Shown: in pieces, positions 29,218-40,774 of the stretch
Layout: every line of letters begins with the position of its first letter
How positions within the stretch are numbered: the first letter of the stretch is position 1
Assembly: GCA_934131175.1 (NCBI GenBank)
Contig: CAKOZD010000001.1
Coordinates: 32,928 to 96,927 of the forward strand
Direction: 5' to 3'
Source of the DNA: an uncultured Bacilli bacterium
Lineage (GTDB): Bacteria; Bacillota_I; Bacilli_A; RF39; UBA660
Length of the DNA stretch: 64,000 nucleotides
The notes under the pieces: generated by a model
The model's input: only the letters and a program-made list of their open reading frames with translations
The model's database searches: none
Told to the model about the DNA's origin: nothing
Position numbers and translations under genes: made by a program

Positions 29218-31683
29218 TTATTTCTCTTCCTCTATTTCTTGATTTTCGTTATCTAAATTTTCTTCTATATTTTCCTTTTCTACTAAAGCAACAGTTGTAA
29301 CTTTTTGATTATCTTTTAAGTTCATTAATCTAACACCTTGAGTTGCTCTCTTCAAAGTAGATACTTGTTCAAGTGGTAATTTAATAATTATGCCACTATC
29401 TGTCATTATCATTAAATCTAATTGTTCATCAGGTGCTAATGTTTTTAATGAAACCATACTACCATTTTTATCTGTAATATTAAGTGCTTTAACACCCTTA
29501 CTACCTCTATGAGTTAATCTGTATTCATCAATAACTGTTTGTTTTCCATAACCATTTTCTGTAACAATTAATACCATTTGGTTTGGTTCTACAACTTCTG
29601 CACCTACAACTATAGCTCCGTCTAATTCCATACCTTTTACACCAGAACTACTTCTTCCCATAGATCTAACTTCGTTTTCATCGAATCTTACCATACGTCC
29701 ATTGCTTGCTCCTATGACAATTTCATTTTTTCCACAAGTCTTTTTAACACTTATAAGTTCGTCGTTTTCCTTTAAAACTATAGCAATTTTTCCACCTTTA
29801 CGAATACTATCAAATTCTTCTATTGGTGTACGTTTTACAATACCATTCTTAGTAGCAAACATTAAGAACTTAGTAGAATCATCATCTTGTTTTACACTTA
29901 ACATCGAACTAATGTTCTCATCTTTCTCTAATGGTAATAAATTAATTATTGGTAAACCTTTAGATTGTCTTGAGAATTCTGGAACTTCATAACCTTTCAT
30001 TCTATAAACTCTTCCTTTATTTGAGAAGAATAAAAGATAATCATGTGTATTCATTGATAATATTTTTTCCACAAAGTCTTCTTCATTAGTAGACATACCT
30101 TTAATACCAACTCCACCCCTATTTTGAGTTTTGTAAGTATCAGCTCTTAATCTCTTTATATAACCATTATTAGTTAAGTTAATAATTATATCCTCTTCTG
30201 GAATTAAAGACTCATCTTCTATATATTCTATTGCTGTCATATCTATATTTGTACGTCTCTCATCACCATATTTTTGCTTTATTTCTAATAATTCATTTTT
30301 AATAACTTCTAATATTTTTTCATCACTAGCTAAAATTGATTTTAATTCAGCAATTGTTTTTAATAATTCATTTAACTCATTTTCAATCTTATCTCTTTCT
30401 AATCCAGTTAAACGACGTAATTTCATTTCAAGAATTGCATTAGCTTGAATTTCAGTTAATCCAAATCCATCCATTAATCCTTTTCTAGCTTCTTCATCTG
30501 ATTTAGAACCTCTAATCACTTTAATAACAGCATCAATATTATCTAAAGCTATTTTTAAACCTTCTAATATATGTACTCTCTTTTCAGCAACATCTAAATC
30601 AAATTTTGTTCTTCTTATTATAACTTCTTTCTGATAATCAATATATTTTACAATTATATCCTTTAAACCTAATGTTTTTGGAACACCTTGATCAAGCATC
30701 AAGAAAATAATTCCATAAGATGTTTGAAATGCAGTATGTTTATATAATTTATTTAAAACAACTTGTGCATTTGCATCTCTTTTTAATGTAATTGTTATTT
30801 TAATACCATTTTTTAAGTCTGAATGATAATCAGCAATACCTTCAATAGTCTTATTATGAACTAACTCAGCAACTTTATTTTTTAATTCTAAAGTATTAAC
30901 ACCATATGGAACTTCATCAATTATAATTTGTTGTTTTCCATTTTGTTCTTCAATAGTAGCCTTACTTCTAATAGTAATACTACCTCTACCTGTTTCATAT
31001 GCTTTTCTAATACCACTATTACCTAGAATAGTTGCTCCTGTTGGAAAATCTGGTCCTTTAATATATTTCATCAAACCATCTAAATCAATATCAGGATTAT
31101 CAATATATGCTACGCAACCATCTATAACTTCACCTAAATTATGAGGCGGTATATTAGTTGCCATACCAACTGCAATACCAGTAGTTCCATTAACTAAAAT
31201 ATTAGGAAATCTAGAAGGTAAAACTTCAGGTTCTCTTTCACTCTCATCAAAGTTAGGAGTAAAATTAACAGTATCTTTATTTATATTTCTTAATAATTCT
31301 AGTGATATTTTAGAAAGTCTTGATTCTGTATAACGCATTGCAGCAGCACCATAACCTTCAATATTACCAAAATTACCATGTCCATCAACAAGCATATATC
31401 TGTAAGAAAAATCTTGTGCCATTCTTACCATTGCTTCATAAATTGAAGAATCACCATGTGGATGATATTTACCCATAACGTCTCCAACTATTCTAGCGCT
31501 CTTTTTATGAGGTTTATCTGGTGTATAACCTGATTCATACATAGAATATAAAATTCGTCTGTGAACGGGCTTTAAACCATCTCTAAGGTCAGGTAGAGCA
31601 CGAGCAACAATAACACTCATTGAATACTCTAAAAATGAATCCTGAACCTCTTTTACAATATTATTCTTTTCTAATCTATCCAT
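29218..31683 (-). CDS. gyrA: DNA gyrase subunit A
   Basis: 821 aa. Active-site Tyr region AAMRYTE, QRDR-like HPHGDSS, GyrA-box and C-terminal beta-pinwheel repeats. Confidence 0.97.
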   Translation of the reverse strand: MDRLEKNNIVKEVQDSFLEYSMSVIVARALPDLRDGLKPVHRRILYSMYESGYTPDKPHKKSARIVGDVMGKYHPHGDSSIYEAMVRMAQDFSYRYMLVDGHGNFGNIEGYGAAAMRYTESRLSKISLELLRNINKDTVNFTPNFDESEREPEVLPSRFPNILVNGTTGIAVGMATNIPPHNLGEVIDGCVAYIDNPDIDLDGLMKYIKGPDFPTGATILGNSGIRKAYETGRGSITIRSKATIEEQNGKQQIIIDEVPYGVNTLELKNKVAELVHNKTIEGIADYHSDLKNGIKITITLKRDANAQVVLNKLYKHTAFQTSYGIIFLMLDQGVPKTLGLKDIIVKYIDYQKEVIIRRTKFDLDVAEKRVHILEGLKIALDNIDAVIKVIRGSKSDEEARKGLMDGFGLTEIQANAILEMKLRRLTGLERDKIENELNELLKTIAELKSILASDEKILEVIKNELLEIKQKYGDERRTNIDMTAIEYIEDESLIPEEDIIINLTNNGYIKRLRADTYKTQNRGGVGIKGMSTNEEDFVEKILSMNTHDYLLFFSNKGRVYRMKGYEVPEFSRQSKGLPIINLLPLEKDENISSMLSVKQDDDSTKFLMFATKNGIVKRTPIEEFDSIRKGGKIAIVLKENDELISVKKTCGKNEIVIGASNGRMVRFDENEVRSMGRSSSGVKGMELDGAIVVGAEVVEPNQMVLIVTENGYGKQTVIDEYRLTHRGSKGVKALNITDKNGSMVSLKTLAPDEQLDLMIMTDSGIIIKLPLEQVSTLKRATQGVRLMNLKDNQKVTTVALVEKENIEENLDNENQEIEEEK

Positions 31684-31692
31684 AAAACCCTC

Positions 31693-33627
<1,935 letters not shown>

Positions 33628-34740
33628 CTACTTTCTTTCTACATTCCCATTATTAACATTGAAAATGTATGCATTTTCTACATATTTTTTATTAATATTT
33701 CTTAGATCTGTTGTAGTAATTATACTTTGAACATCATCTAAATTAATAATTTTCAATAACTTATTCCTCTTTTTTATATCTAATTCACTAAAAATATCAT
33801 CTAATAGTAGAACTGGAGAAGTACCAGTAAACTCTTTAAATATAGGAATTTCTGATATTTTAAAAGATAAAATAGCTAATTTTTGTTGTCCTTGAGAACC
33901 ATAATATTTTAAATCATTACCTTTATATTCAAAATAGAAATCATCTCTATGAGGACCATATATAGTCATACCATAGTTAAGTTCTTTTAAATAATTTTTC
34001 TTAAATGTATGTTTTAACTTTTTTCTTATATTTTCAGAATCATAATCATTAATTTGAATATTAGGAACATATTTAACAACAATACCATTATCATTTGATA
34101 TATCTTTATAATATTTATCTATATATATATTTATAAAATCAATATATTCTTTTCTTTTTTGATAAATATATGTTGCTTTCTCTATTAATTTATCAGTTAT
34201 TATATCCAAATAATTAATATCTGCAATACTATTATTAAATAATATCTTCAAATATTCATTTCTCGTTTTTAATAATTTATTATATTCATTATAAATTTTT
34301 ATATAACTTCTAGATAATTGAGATAACTGAATGTTAAGTAAATTCCTACGAACATTAGGAGAACCTTTTATTATTTCTAAATCATCAGGAGTAAAAACTA
34401 TTACATTTAGATTTGTTATATAATCTGCTATTTTTCTAATAGTATTTTTATTAACTTCTAATTTTTTTTCTTCTTCAGAAATAACAATAGATAATTTGGT
34501 AATAATTTTATTATTTTTTATTGTTCCATTTAATGAACATTTATTTTTACCAAACTGTATTATATTTGGACTATTTCCTACTCTATGTGATTTAGTTAGA
34601 GCTAAAATAGTAATTGCTTCAAGAATATTAGTTTTACCTTGAGCATTATCTCCAACAAAAATATTCATCTTATCATTTAAAGTTATATTACATTTTGAAT
34701 AATTTCTAAAATTAAGTAAGTTAATTTTTCTAATTATCAT
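33628..34740 (-). CDS. recF: DNA replication and repair protein RecF
   Basis: 370 aa. Walker A GDNAQGKTNILEA, signature and Walker B LLLDDIFSELD. Confidence 0.92.
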   Translation of the reverse strand: MIIRKINLLNFRNYSKCNITLNDKMNIFVGDNAQGKTNILEAITILALTKSHRVGNSPNIIQFGKNKCSLNGTIKNNKIITKLSIVISEEEKKLEVNKNTIRKIADYITNLNVIVFTPDDLEIIKGSPNVRRNLLNIQLSQLSRSYIKIYNEYNKLLKTRNEYLKILFNNSIADINYLDIITDKLIEKATYIYQKRKEYIDFINIYIDKYYKDISNDNGIVVKYVPNIQINDYDSENIRKKLKHTFKKNYLKELNYGMTIYGPHRDDFYFEYKGNDLKYYGSQGQQKLAILSFKISEIPIFKEFTGTSPVLLLDDIFSELDIKKRNKLLKIINLDDVQSIITTTDLRNINKKYVENAYIFNVNNGNVERK

Positions 34741-34838
34741 TTTAAACCGCTAAAAAGACACATACATAAAATTACCCCCTAACATGGTATTCCTATACAT
34801 ACACGTATATTATACCATAAATAGCCCTATTTAAGCAG

Positions 34839-34866
34839 AAAAAAATAGCTAAATTAGCTATTTTTT
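34839..34866 (-). terminator. Rho-independent terminator after the comK-like gene (hairpin aaaaaaatagct/agctattttttt overlapping the stop codon)
   Basis: Near-palindromic hairpin flanked by an A-run and a T-run, so it could act bidirectionally. Confidence 0.5.
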
Positions 34867-35339
34867 CTTTTTGATAACACATTTTTTAACCTCGTTGCTC
34901 TAGCAATTTGATTTTCCATTGATCGAAGTGAGCACGGAACTATAATTTCCTTCTTATTGTCAAAAACAATTCTCGTATTGCTCTCATCTACTCTATAGAT
35001 ATTTTCGACTCTTCCAACAGAAATCCACGCACAATCGTCAGCTCTAGGCGATGTTGTAGGAAATGCTATTAATTCATTTGTATCAGCAATAACTATTGGC
35101 ACTTTATATTCGGCTCCTAGTATTTCTTTAGCTCCCTTCTTTCTGCCTTCATAGCTACTACCAAAATATTTACAACTATCTTCCATAATACTTAAAGGAT
35201 TATCATCAATTATATAACGACTATCATCTTCATATATTAGGCTAGACTCCTTTCCGTTTGGCAAAATTGCCAATGTTCCCTTATTAAACTCGTATAAATT
35301 CTTGTTATTTAACATATTATCTTTTCTCCCCCAAAACAA
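34854..35339 (-). CDS. comK: ComK-family competence transcription factor homolog
   Basis: 161 aa. GTLAILPNGKES...CKYFGSSYEGRKKGAKEI...PIVIADTNELIAFPTTSPRADDCAWIS...IVFDNKKEI aligns along the full length with B. subtilis ComK (GATIAVLPEE...CRFFGSSYAGRKAGTYEV...PIMVDPSNQIFLFPTLSSTRPQCGWIS...VTFSNGKTM). RBS gggggag is followed by 6 nt and then ATG. Confidence 0.72.
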   Translation of the reverse strand: MFWGRKDNMLNNKNLYEFNKGTLAILPNGKESSLIYEDDSRYIIDDNPLSIMEDSCKYFGSSYEGRKKGAKEILGAEYKVPIVIADTNELIAFPTTSPRADDCAWISVGRVENIYRVDESNTRIVFDNKKEIIVPCSLRSMENQIARATRLKNVLSKRKNS

Positions 35340-35461
35340 GAGCTAATCTGCTCTTGCATAATAATCATATAACAATAAGTTTTACACTTTTGTAGAATTT
35401 TGACGAAAGAACACATAAAATTTTCTTTCTATATAAATTATTAGTAATTTTTATAATTTTT

Positions 35462-35496
35462 TTGCAAAAAAAAAGAGAAATTTAAATTTTTCTCTT
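35462..35496 (-). terminator. Rho-independent terminator after dnaN
   Basis: Minus strand AAGAGAAAAAUUUAAAUUUCUCUU hairpin followed by a U9 run. Confidence 0.6.
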
Positions 35497-36622
35497 AATA
35501 TGTTCTAATTGGTAAAACTAATTGAGTTAAAGTTTCGTCTTCTGTTGATTTTATAAGGATTGGTTTTACTTCTCCTACAAAATGTAAATCAACAGTTTCT
35601 GTTGAAAAACTCTTTAAAGCTTCCATCATATATTTAGCACTAAATGAAATCTTAATATCTTCACTATTATTTTTAGAAATACTCATTTTTTCTTCTACAC
35701 GACCAATTTCTGCAGAACTACTTTTTAATGTTAATGTATTTCCTTCAGTTTCTAAAGTAACTATATTCTTTTCTTTATCACTAGTTAAAATACTTACACG
35801 GTCAATTACACTATAGAAATCATTTAAATTAGTACTTACTACTAAATAAGAATCATCAGGTAAAAGATTTGCAGTATTAGGATATGTTCCATTAATTAAA
35901 CGAGATTCAAATTTTAAATTACCATTTTTAAATAAAACTTTATTATTAAAGATATGAACCTCAACATCTTCACTATCATCACCTAAAATTTTTGTAAATT
36001 CAATTAAGTTATGACTTGGAATTACAATATTATAATTTTCTTCACTTGCTTTTTCTAATTTAACTATTTTTCTAGCTAAACGATATGAATCTGTAGAATT
36101 ACATTCAAGAATATCCCCTACTATATTAAAGTTAATACCAGTTAAAACAGGCTTACTTTCTTCATTAGATGTTGCAAATGCTGTTTGATTAACAATACTT
36201 TTTAAAACACCAGCATTGATATTAATTTTTTTCTTACTTTCTTCTAAACCAACATTTGGATATTCTGATTCACTAATACCATTTAAATTAAATTCACTAT
36301 TTTCTGTGTAAATTAATATTTTTAATTCATCAATTACTTCTACATTTATATATTGGTCAGGTAATTTTCTAACTATATCTAATATATATTTACCTTGAAT
36401 AATAATACTACCTTCGCTATCTATTTTAAATTCATCATCATTTACAGATTCAATAGTAGTTTGAATAGTAATATCGTTATCACTTGCTGTTAAAGTAAGT
36501 TTTTTCTTTTTTAATTCAAATTTAATACCTGCAAGAACTGGAATTAAATTTTTAGTAGATATTGCTTTTGATACTTTTGATAAAGCGTCTAATAATAAAT
36601 CTTTTTTAATTGTAAATTTCAT
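35495..36622 (-). CDS. dnaN: DNA polymerase III beta sliding clamp
   Basis: 375 aa. Three-domain beta-clamp pattern. Synteny dnaA-dnaN. Confidence 0.95.
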   Translation of the reverse strand: MKFTIKKDLLLDALSKVSKAISTKNLIPVLAGIKFELKKKKLTLTASDNDITIQTTIESVNDDEFKIDSEGSIIIQGKYILDIVRKLPDQYINVEVIDELKILIYTENSEFNLNGISESEYPNVGLEESKKKININAGVLKSIVNQTAFATSNEESKPVLTGINFNIVGDILECNSTDSYRLARKIVKLEKASEENYNIVIPSHNLIEFTKILGDDSEDVEVHIFNNKVLFKNGNLKFESRLINGTYPNTANLLPDDSYLVVSTNLNDFYSVIDRVSILTSDKEKNIVTLETEGNTLTLKSSSAEIGRVEEKMSISKNNSEDIKISFSAKYMMEALKSFSTETVDLHFVGEVKPILIKSTEDETLTQLVLPIRTY

Positions 36623-36745
36623 ATATTATTCCTTCTTTCTTATTTATATTTATATTATAGCTGTGGAAAAAGTTGAAAACTCAAAAATTGTCTTATTTTT
36701 CAACAAAAATGTATCCACATAACCTGTGGAAAAACATCTTAAAAC
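36623..36745. promoter_or_regulatory. oriC: oriC part 2: dnaA-dnaN intergenic DnaA-box cluster
   Basis: DnaA boxes are TGTGGAAAA at 36662..36670, TATCCACA at 36712..36719 and TGTGGAAAA at 36725..36733. Confidence 0.7.
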
Positions 36746-38173
36746 TCACATGTTTTTCACAACCCCAATATCTTTCTTTAATTTTTCTATTATATTAGCT
36801 AAATCTTTATTAACTTTAATTTCATTTTCAATTTTTTCAACCGAATGCATTACTGTAGAATGGTCTTTGCCACCAAATTCCGTACCAATCTTAGGAAAAC
36901 TCTCATTTGTCATTACTCTACATAAATACATAGCAATTTGCCGTGGAAAAGAAATATTTGAACTTCTCTTTTTACTTCTTATGTCATCAACTGTAATTTG
37001 GAAATATTCAGATACTATTTTTTGTATTCTATGAATATCATTTTTCTCCCCTATTCCTTTACTAATAAAGTCTTTCAAAGCATCAATTGCTAAATCAAGA
37101 TTAATTTTTTCTTTTCCCATAATAGTTGAATATGCAATTAATCTAGTAATAGAACCTTCTAGATTTCTAACATCTGGTCCTATATTTGATGCAATATACT
37201 CTATTACATCATCTGGTATTTCTTGCTCAACGTTTTCTGCAACTATTTTTTTCTTTAAAATTTCCATTCTAAGTGAGAAATCTGGTGGGAATATATTAAC
37301 CGTTAATCCCCAGCAAAACCTTGTCCTTAAACGATCTTCTAGTAATTTTAAATCATCAGGAGATCTATCTGATGAAATAATGATTTGCTTATTATCATTA
37401 TATAAATTATTAAATGTATGGAAAAATTCTTGTTGTGATTGCGTTGCTCCTCCTAAAAATTGAATATCATCGATTAGTAAAACATCTATATTTCTATATT
37501 TATCTTTAAAGAAATCAACGTAATTAAAATTAGTTCCTTTATCATCTTTTCTTGTGGATTTTACAAATTCTTCTCTAAATTGTTCGCTTGTAACATAAAG
37601 GACTCTTTTATCAGAATTTTCAACTATATAGTTTCCTATAGCATGCATTAAATGTGTCTTCCCTAACCCACTATTTCCAAATAGAAATAAAGGATTATAT
37701 ATTTTTCCAGGGTTTTCTGCTACAGAAAGTGCAGCTGCTCTTGCGAATTTGTTTGTATTTCCTACAATAAAATTATCAAAAGTATAGTTTTTCTTTAAAT
37801 TAGAATTAATATTAAATTGTTTATTAGGTGGTGATTTATCTTCTAATTTTTTCTTTTCTTCTAGCATTTCTTTTTCAACTATAATTGTGGATATTTCTTC
37901 TTCTAATAAAAACAAAAGTTCATATGAAGAATCAGTTAATTCATTTAGTTTGCTAGATATTGTCTCATAATAATTCTCTTGTAAATGTTTTTTGTGAATT
38001 GGCATAGGAACTATTATATAAGCTTTTTCATCTTTTAGTTCATATAATTTGGTTTCCTTAAACCAGGTTTGATAAGAGATGGATGAGATTTCATCTTTTA
38101 TTTGTTCAAGTATTTTAGACCATAAAATATCTACATTCAAGTTACCATCTCCCCATAAGTAATAATCAATCAA
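36746..38173 (-). CDS. dnaA: Chromosomal replication initiator DnaA
   Basis: 475 aa. AAA+ Walker A GNSGLGKTHL. C-terminal DNA-binding signature (KKRSSNISFPRQIAMYLCR). Confidence 0.97.
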   Translation of the reverse strand: MIDYYLWGDGNLNVDILWSKILEQIKDEISSISYQTWFKETKLYELKDEKAYIIVPMPIHKKHLQENYYETISSKLNELTDSSYELLFLLEEEISTIIVEKEMLEEKKKLEDKSPPNKQFNINSNLKKNYTFDNFIVGNTNKFARAAALSVAENPGKIYNPLFLFGNSGLGKTHLMHAIGNYIVENSDKRVLYVTSEQFREEFVKSTRKDDKGTNFNYVDFFKDKYRNIDVLLIDDIQFLGGATQSQQEFFHTFNNLYNDNKQIIISSDRSPDDLKLLEDRLRTRFCWGLTVNIFPPDFSLRMEILKKKIVAENVEQEIPDDVIEYIASNIGPDVRNLEGSITRLIAYSTIMGKEKINLDLAIDALKDFISKGIGEKNDIHRIQKIVSEYFQITVDDIRSKKRSSNISFPRQIAMYLCRVMTNESFPKIGTEFGGKDHSTVMHSVEKIENEIKVNKDLANIIEKLKKDIGVVKNM

Positions 38174-38583
38174 ACCTATTCTACATTAAAATAATTAAAA
38201 ATGAAAGTAAAAAAACATAAAAAAAACAAATTAATTTTGTAGATTAAATTTGATGTGTCGATATATACAATAACATATTTTTTCATTTTATTAAATAAAA
38301 AAATAATTAAATTTTTTTTAGTACAAAATTAGGGTACTTTTCAACATAATTTTACACTTCAAAAAAATCAAAAAAATAGCATTCGACATTTTCCACCAAT
38401 ATTCCACAAAGTTTTCAACAATTGAAGTGTATATATAATAAGGATAAAAATAAGTTTTCCACATTTTCCACAGAAAAGTTATTAATAGGGTATAAAAAAG
38501 TTTTAAACAAACTTGTGGAAATTGTTAATAACTAAAAAAATAATTAAAATAAATTAAAAAAAGAATAAATTAACAACTTTTAT
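38174..38583. promoter_or_regulatory. oriC: oriC part 1: DnaA-box cluster plus AT-rich unwinding region upstream of dnaA
   Basis: Box-like 9-mers are at 38389..38397 (TTTTCCACC), 38400..38408, 38455..38463 and 38464..38472 (tandem TTTTCCACA x2), and 38514..38522 (TGTGGAAAT). An extremely AT-rich stretch at 38200-38340 is the candidate DNA-unwinding element. Confidence 0.7.
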
Positions 38584-38613
38584 TTGACAAAATCACAATT
38601 ATATTATTATAAT
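38584..38613 (+). promoter_or_regulatory. Sigma-A type promoter for rpmH-rnpA (TTGACA-18-TATAAT)
   Basis: ttgaca at 38584..38589 and tataat at 38608..38613, 30 nt upstream of the rpmH RBS ggaggtgg. Confidence 0.5.
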
Positions 38614-38643
38614 AATGTAGATTTATGTCTGGAGGTGGAACAA

Positions 38644-38766
38644 ATGAAGAGAACATATCAACCAAACAATCGTAAAAAATCAAAAAAATTAGGATTTTTT
38701 GCACGTAAGAAAACAAACATTTTAAATCGTCGTCGTCGTAAAGGACGTAAAAGTCTTTGCAAATAA
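38644..38766 (+). CDS. rpmH: 50S ribosomal protein L34
   Basis: MKRTYQPNNRKKSKKLGFFARKKTNILNRRRRKGRKSLCK. Start at the internal Met of the listed ORF, preceded by RBS ggaggtgg. Confidence 0.96.
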   Translation: MKRTYQPNNRKKSKKLGFFARKKTNILNRRRRKGRKSLCK

Positions 38767-38771
38767 AAATA

Positions 38772-38800
38772 CCGCTGCTAAAAAACAGTGGTTTTTTACT
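38772..38800 (+). terminator. Probable partial rho-independent terminator or attenuator after rpmH
   Basis: ACCGCUG-cuaaaaaa-CAGUGGU hairpin followed by U7. Confidence 0.45.
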
Positions 38801-38825
38801 ATAAAAAGATAGGAATAGGGATATT

Positions 38826-39146
38826 ATGAGAAAAACATACATAGTAAAAGAAGCAAAAGATTTTGAAAATATAATAAAAAAAGGAAAATGTCGTAAAAAT
38901 CAAAGCTTTGTAATACATTTTAAGAAAAATAATTTACCATATGATAAATATGGAATATCTGTTAGTAAAAAATTAGGTAATGCTGTTTTTAGAAACAAAT
39001 ATAAAAGAAAAATACGAAGTATTATAGATAATTATAGAAAACTATATAATAATGGAGAAGATTATATTATAATATTAAGAAGAGGCGGAGTAGAGAAGTC
39101 GTTTCAAGATTTAGAAAGAGATTTTTTAAATCTTATGAAACGTTAG
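38826..39146 (+). CDS. rnpA: Ribonuclease P protein component
   Basis: 106 aa basic protein with RnpA motif region (GNAVFRNKYKRKIR). Synteny after rpmH. Confidence 0.85.
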   Translation: MRKTYIVKEAKDFENIIKKGKCRKNQSFVIHFKKNNLPYDKYGISVSKKLGNAVFRNKYKRKIRSIIDNYRKLYNNGEDYIIILRRGGVEKSFQDLERDFLNLMKR

Positions 39147-39165
39147 TGTAGAAAGGAAAGCAAGG

Positions 39166-40098
39166 ATGAAAAAAAACAAAAAATTCAAAATAGTAATAGT
39201 ATTGTTACTTTTATTATTAACAACAGGGTGTACAAAGACATTAACAGATAGTGATAAGAAAGCTGTAAAAAATGAAACAACAGGTCAAACATTAACAGAG
39301 AACATATTATGTAGACCAACAAATAAGGAAACAATAAAACTTTATGAAAAAAATAAAGTTAAAATTGATAAATTACCTGAATGTAAAGATTTCAATATAA
39401 CTTCTGGTAAATATGAAGGTTTATGGACAAGTTTATTTGTAAAACCATTAGCTTTTATACTAATATGGTTAGGAAATCTAGTTAAAAACAATGCAATATC
39501 AATTATTATTGTAAGTTTAGCTATAAGATTAATTGCATTCCCATTAACAAAAAAGACTGCAATGCAATCTGAGTTAATAAAAAAAGCACAACCAGAATTA
39601 AACAGAATTCAAAAAAAATATGCTAATAAACAAGACCAAGAGTCAATGATTAAACAAAATCAAGAAATTATGATGGTATATCAAAAATATAAAATAAATC
39701 CTATTTCAGGATGTCTATTTGCTTTTATACAATTACCAATATTTATTGCATTTTTTGAAGCAATTCAAAGAACACCAGTAATCTTTGAAGATAAATTCTT
39801 AGGATTACAACTTGGAACAACACCTGCAATTGGTATTACATCAGCAACATTCTATGCATATTTAATTATAATGATAATAATTGGAGCAACAACTTTCTTC
39901 TCATTTAAACTAAACTCAACAGGAAACATGGAAGACCCATCAATGAAAATGATGCCAACTATGATGACTGTGATGATTATTGTAACTGCCTTATTCATGC
40001 CATCAGGTTTAGGAATATATTGGGCTACATCAAATTTATTTACAATAGTTCAAAATGTAATGGTTAAAAGGAGTAAAGAAGTAAATGGAAAAGCATAA
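39166..40098 (+). CDS. yidC: Membrane protein insertase YidC (lipoprotein form)
   Basis: Lipobox LLLTTGC. Conserved YidC core (MQSELIKKAQPELNRIQKKY...GCLFAFIQLPIFIAFF). Confidence 0.9.
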   Translation: MKKNKKFKIVIVLLLLLLTTGCTKTLTDSDKKAVKNETTGQTLTENILCRPTNKETIKLYEKNKVKIDKLPECKDFNITSGKYEGLWTSLFVKPLAFILIWLGNLVKNNAISIIIVSLAIRLIAFPLTKKTAMQSELIKKAQPELNRIQKKYANKQDQESMIKQNQEIMMVYQKYKINPISGCLFAFIQLPIFIAFFEAIQRTPVIFEDKFLGLQLGTTPAIGITSATFYAYLIIMIIIGATTFFSFKLNSTGNMEDPSMKMMPTMMTVMIIVTALFMPSGLGIYWATSNLFTIVQNVMVKRSKEVNGKA

Positions 40099-40705
40099 AT
40101 ATAGTGGAAAATCTAAAGAAGAAGCAATCAAGAAAGCACAAGAAGAATTACAAGAATTAGAAAGTAATTTATTTATTAGAGAAATATCAGAAACAAAAGC
40201 AGGCTTATTTAAAAGTAAAAAAGTAGAAATAGAAGTAATTGAAAAAAGAGAAGTTGTACAACATATTAAAGAATACTTAATAAAAATATTAAAATCTATG
40301 GGAATCACAGCAAATATTGAAATAAAAAATAAAGATGATGTTCCAAAATATATAATCTATTCTGATAATGATGGAATTTTAATTGGAAAGAATGGAAAAA
40401 ATTTAAAAGCCTTATCAATGGTAGTTGCACAACATCTTAATACAGAATTATCAAGAACTTATAAATTTACAATAGATGTTAATGATTATCAAGAAAGAAG
40501 AGAAAAATCATTAGAACATCTTGCAAAAAGAGTAGCAAAAGAAGTTTCAGAGACAAAAATTGAAGCAAAACTTGATTCGATGAATTCTTATGAAAGAAGA
40601 ATAATACACAATGCTTTAACAAACAATAAAAAGGTTTATACAGAAAGTGAAGGGGAAGAACCTAACAGATATGTTGTAATTAAACCAAAAGAAGAAAAAG
40701 AGTAG
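40085..40705 (+). CDS. khpB: RNA-binding protein Jag/KhpB (KH + R3H domains)
   Basis: 206 aa. Jag_N, KH (IGKNGKNLKALS) and R3H (YERRIIHNAL) motifs. Synteny after yidC. Confidence 0.8.
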   Translation: MEKHKYSGKSKEEAIKKAQEELQELESNLFIREISETKAGLFKSKKVEIEVIEKREVVQHIKEYLIKILKSMGITANIEIKNKDDVPKYIIYSDNDGILIGKNGKNLKALSMVVAQHLNTELSRTYKFTIDVNDYQERREKSLEHLAKRVAKEVSETKIEAKLDSMNSYERRIIHNALTNNKKVYTESEGEEPNRYVVIKPKEEKE

Positions 40706-40774
40706 ATTTCTCTTCTTTTTTTGTTTATACTGAAAAAGATATGTTATAATAACAAAGAAAAAAGGAGGTATACC

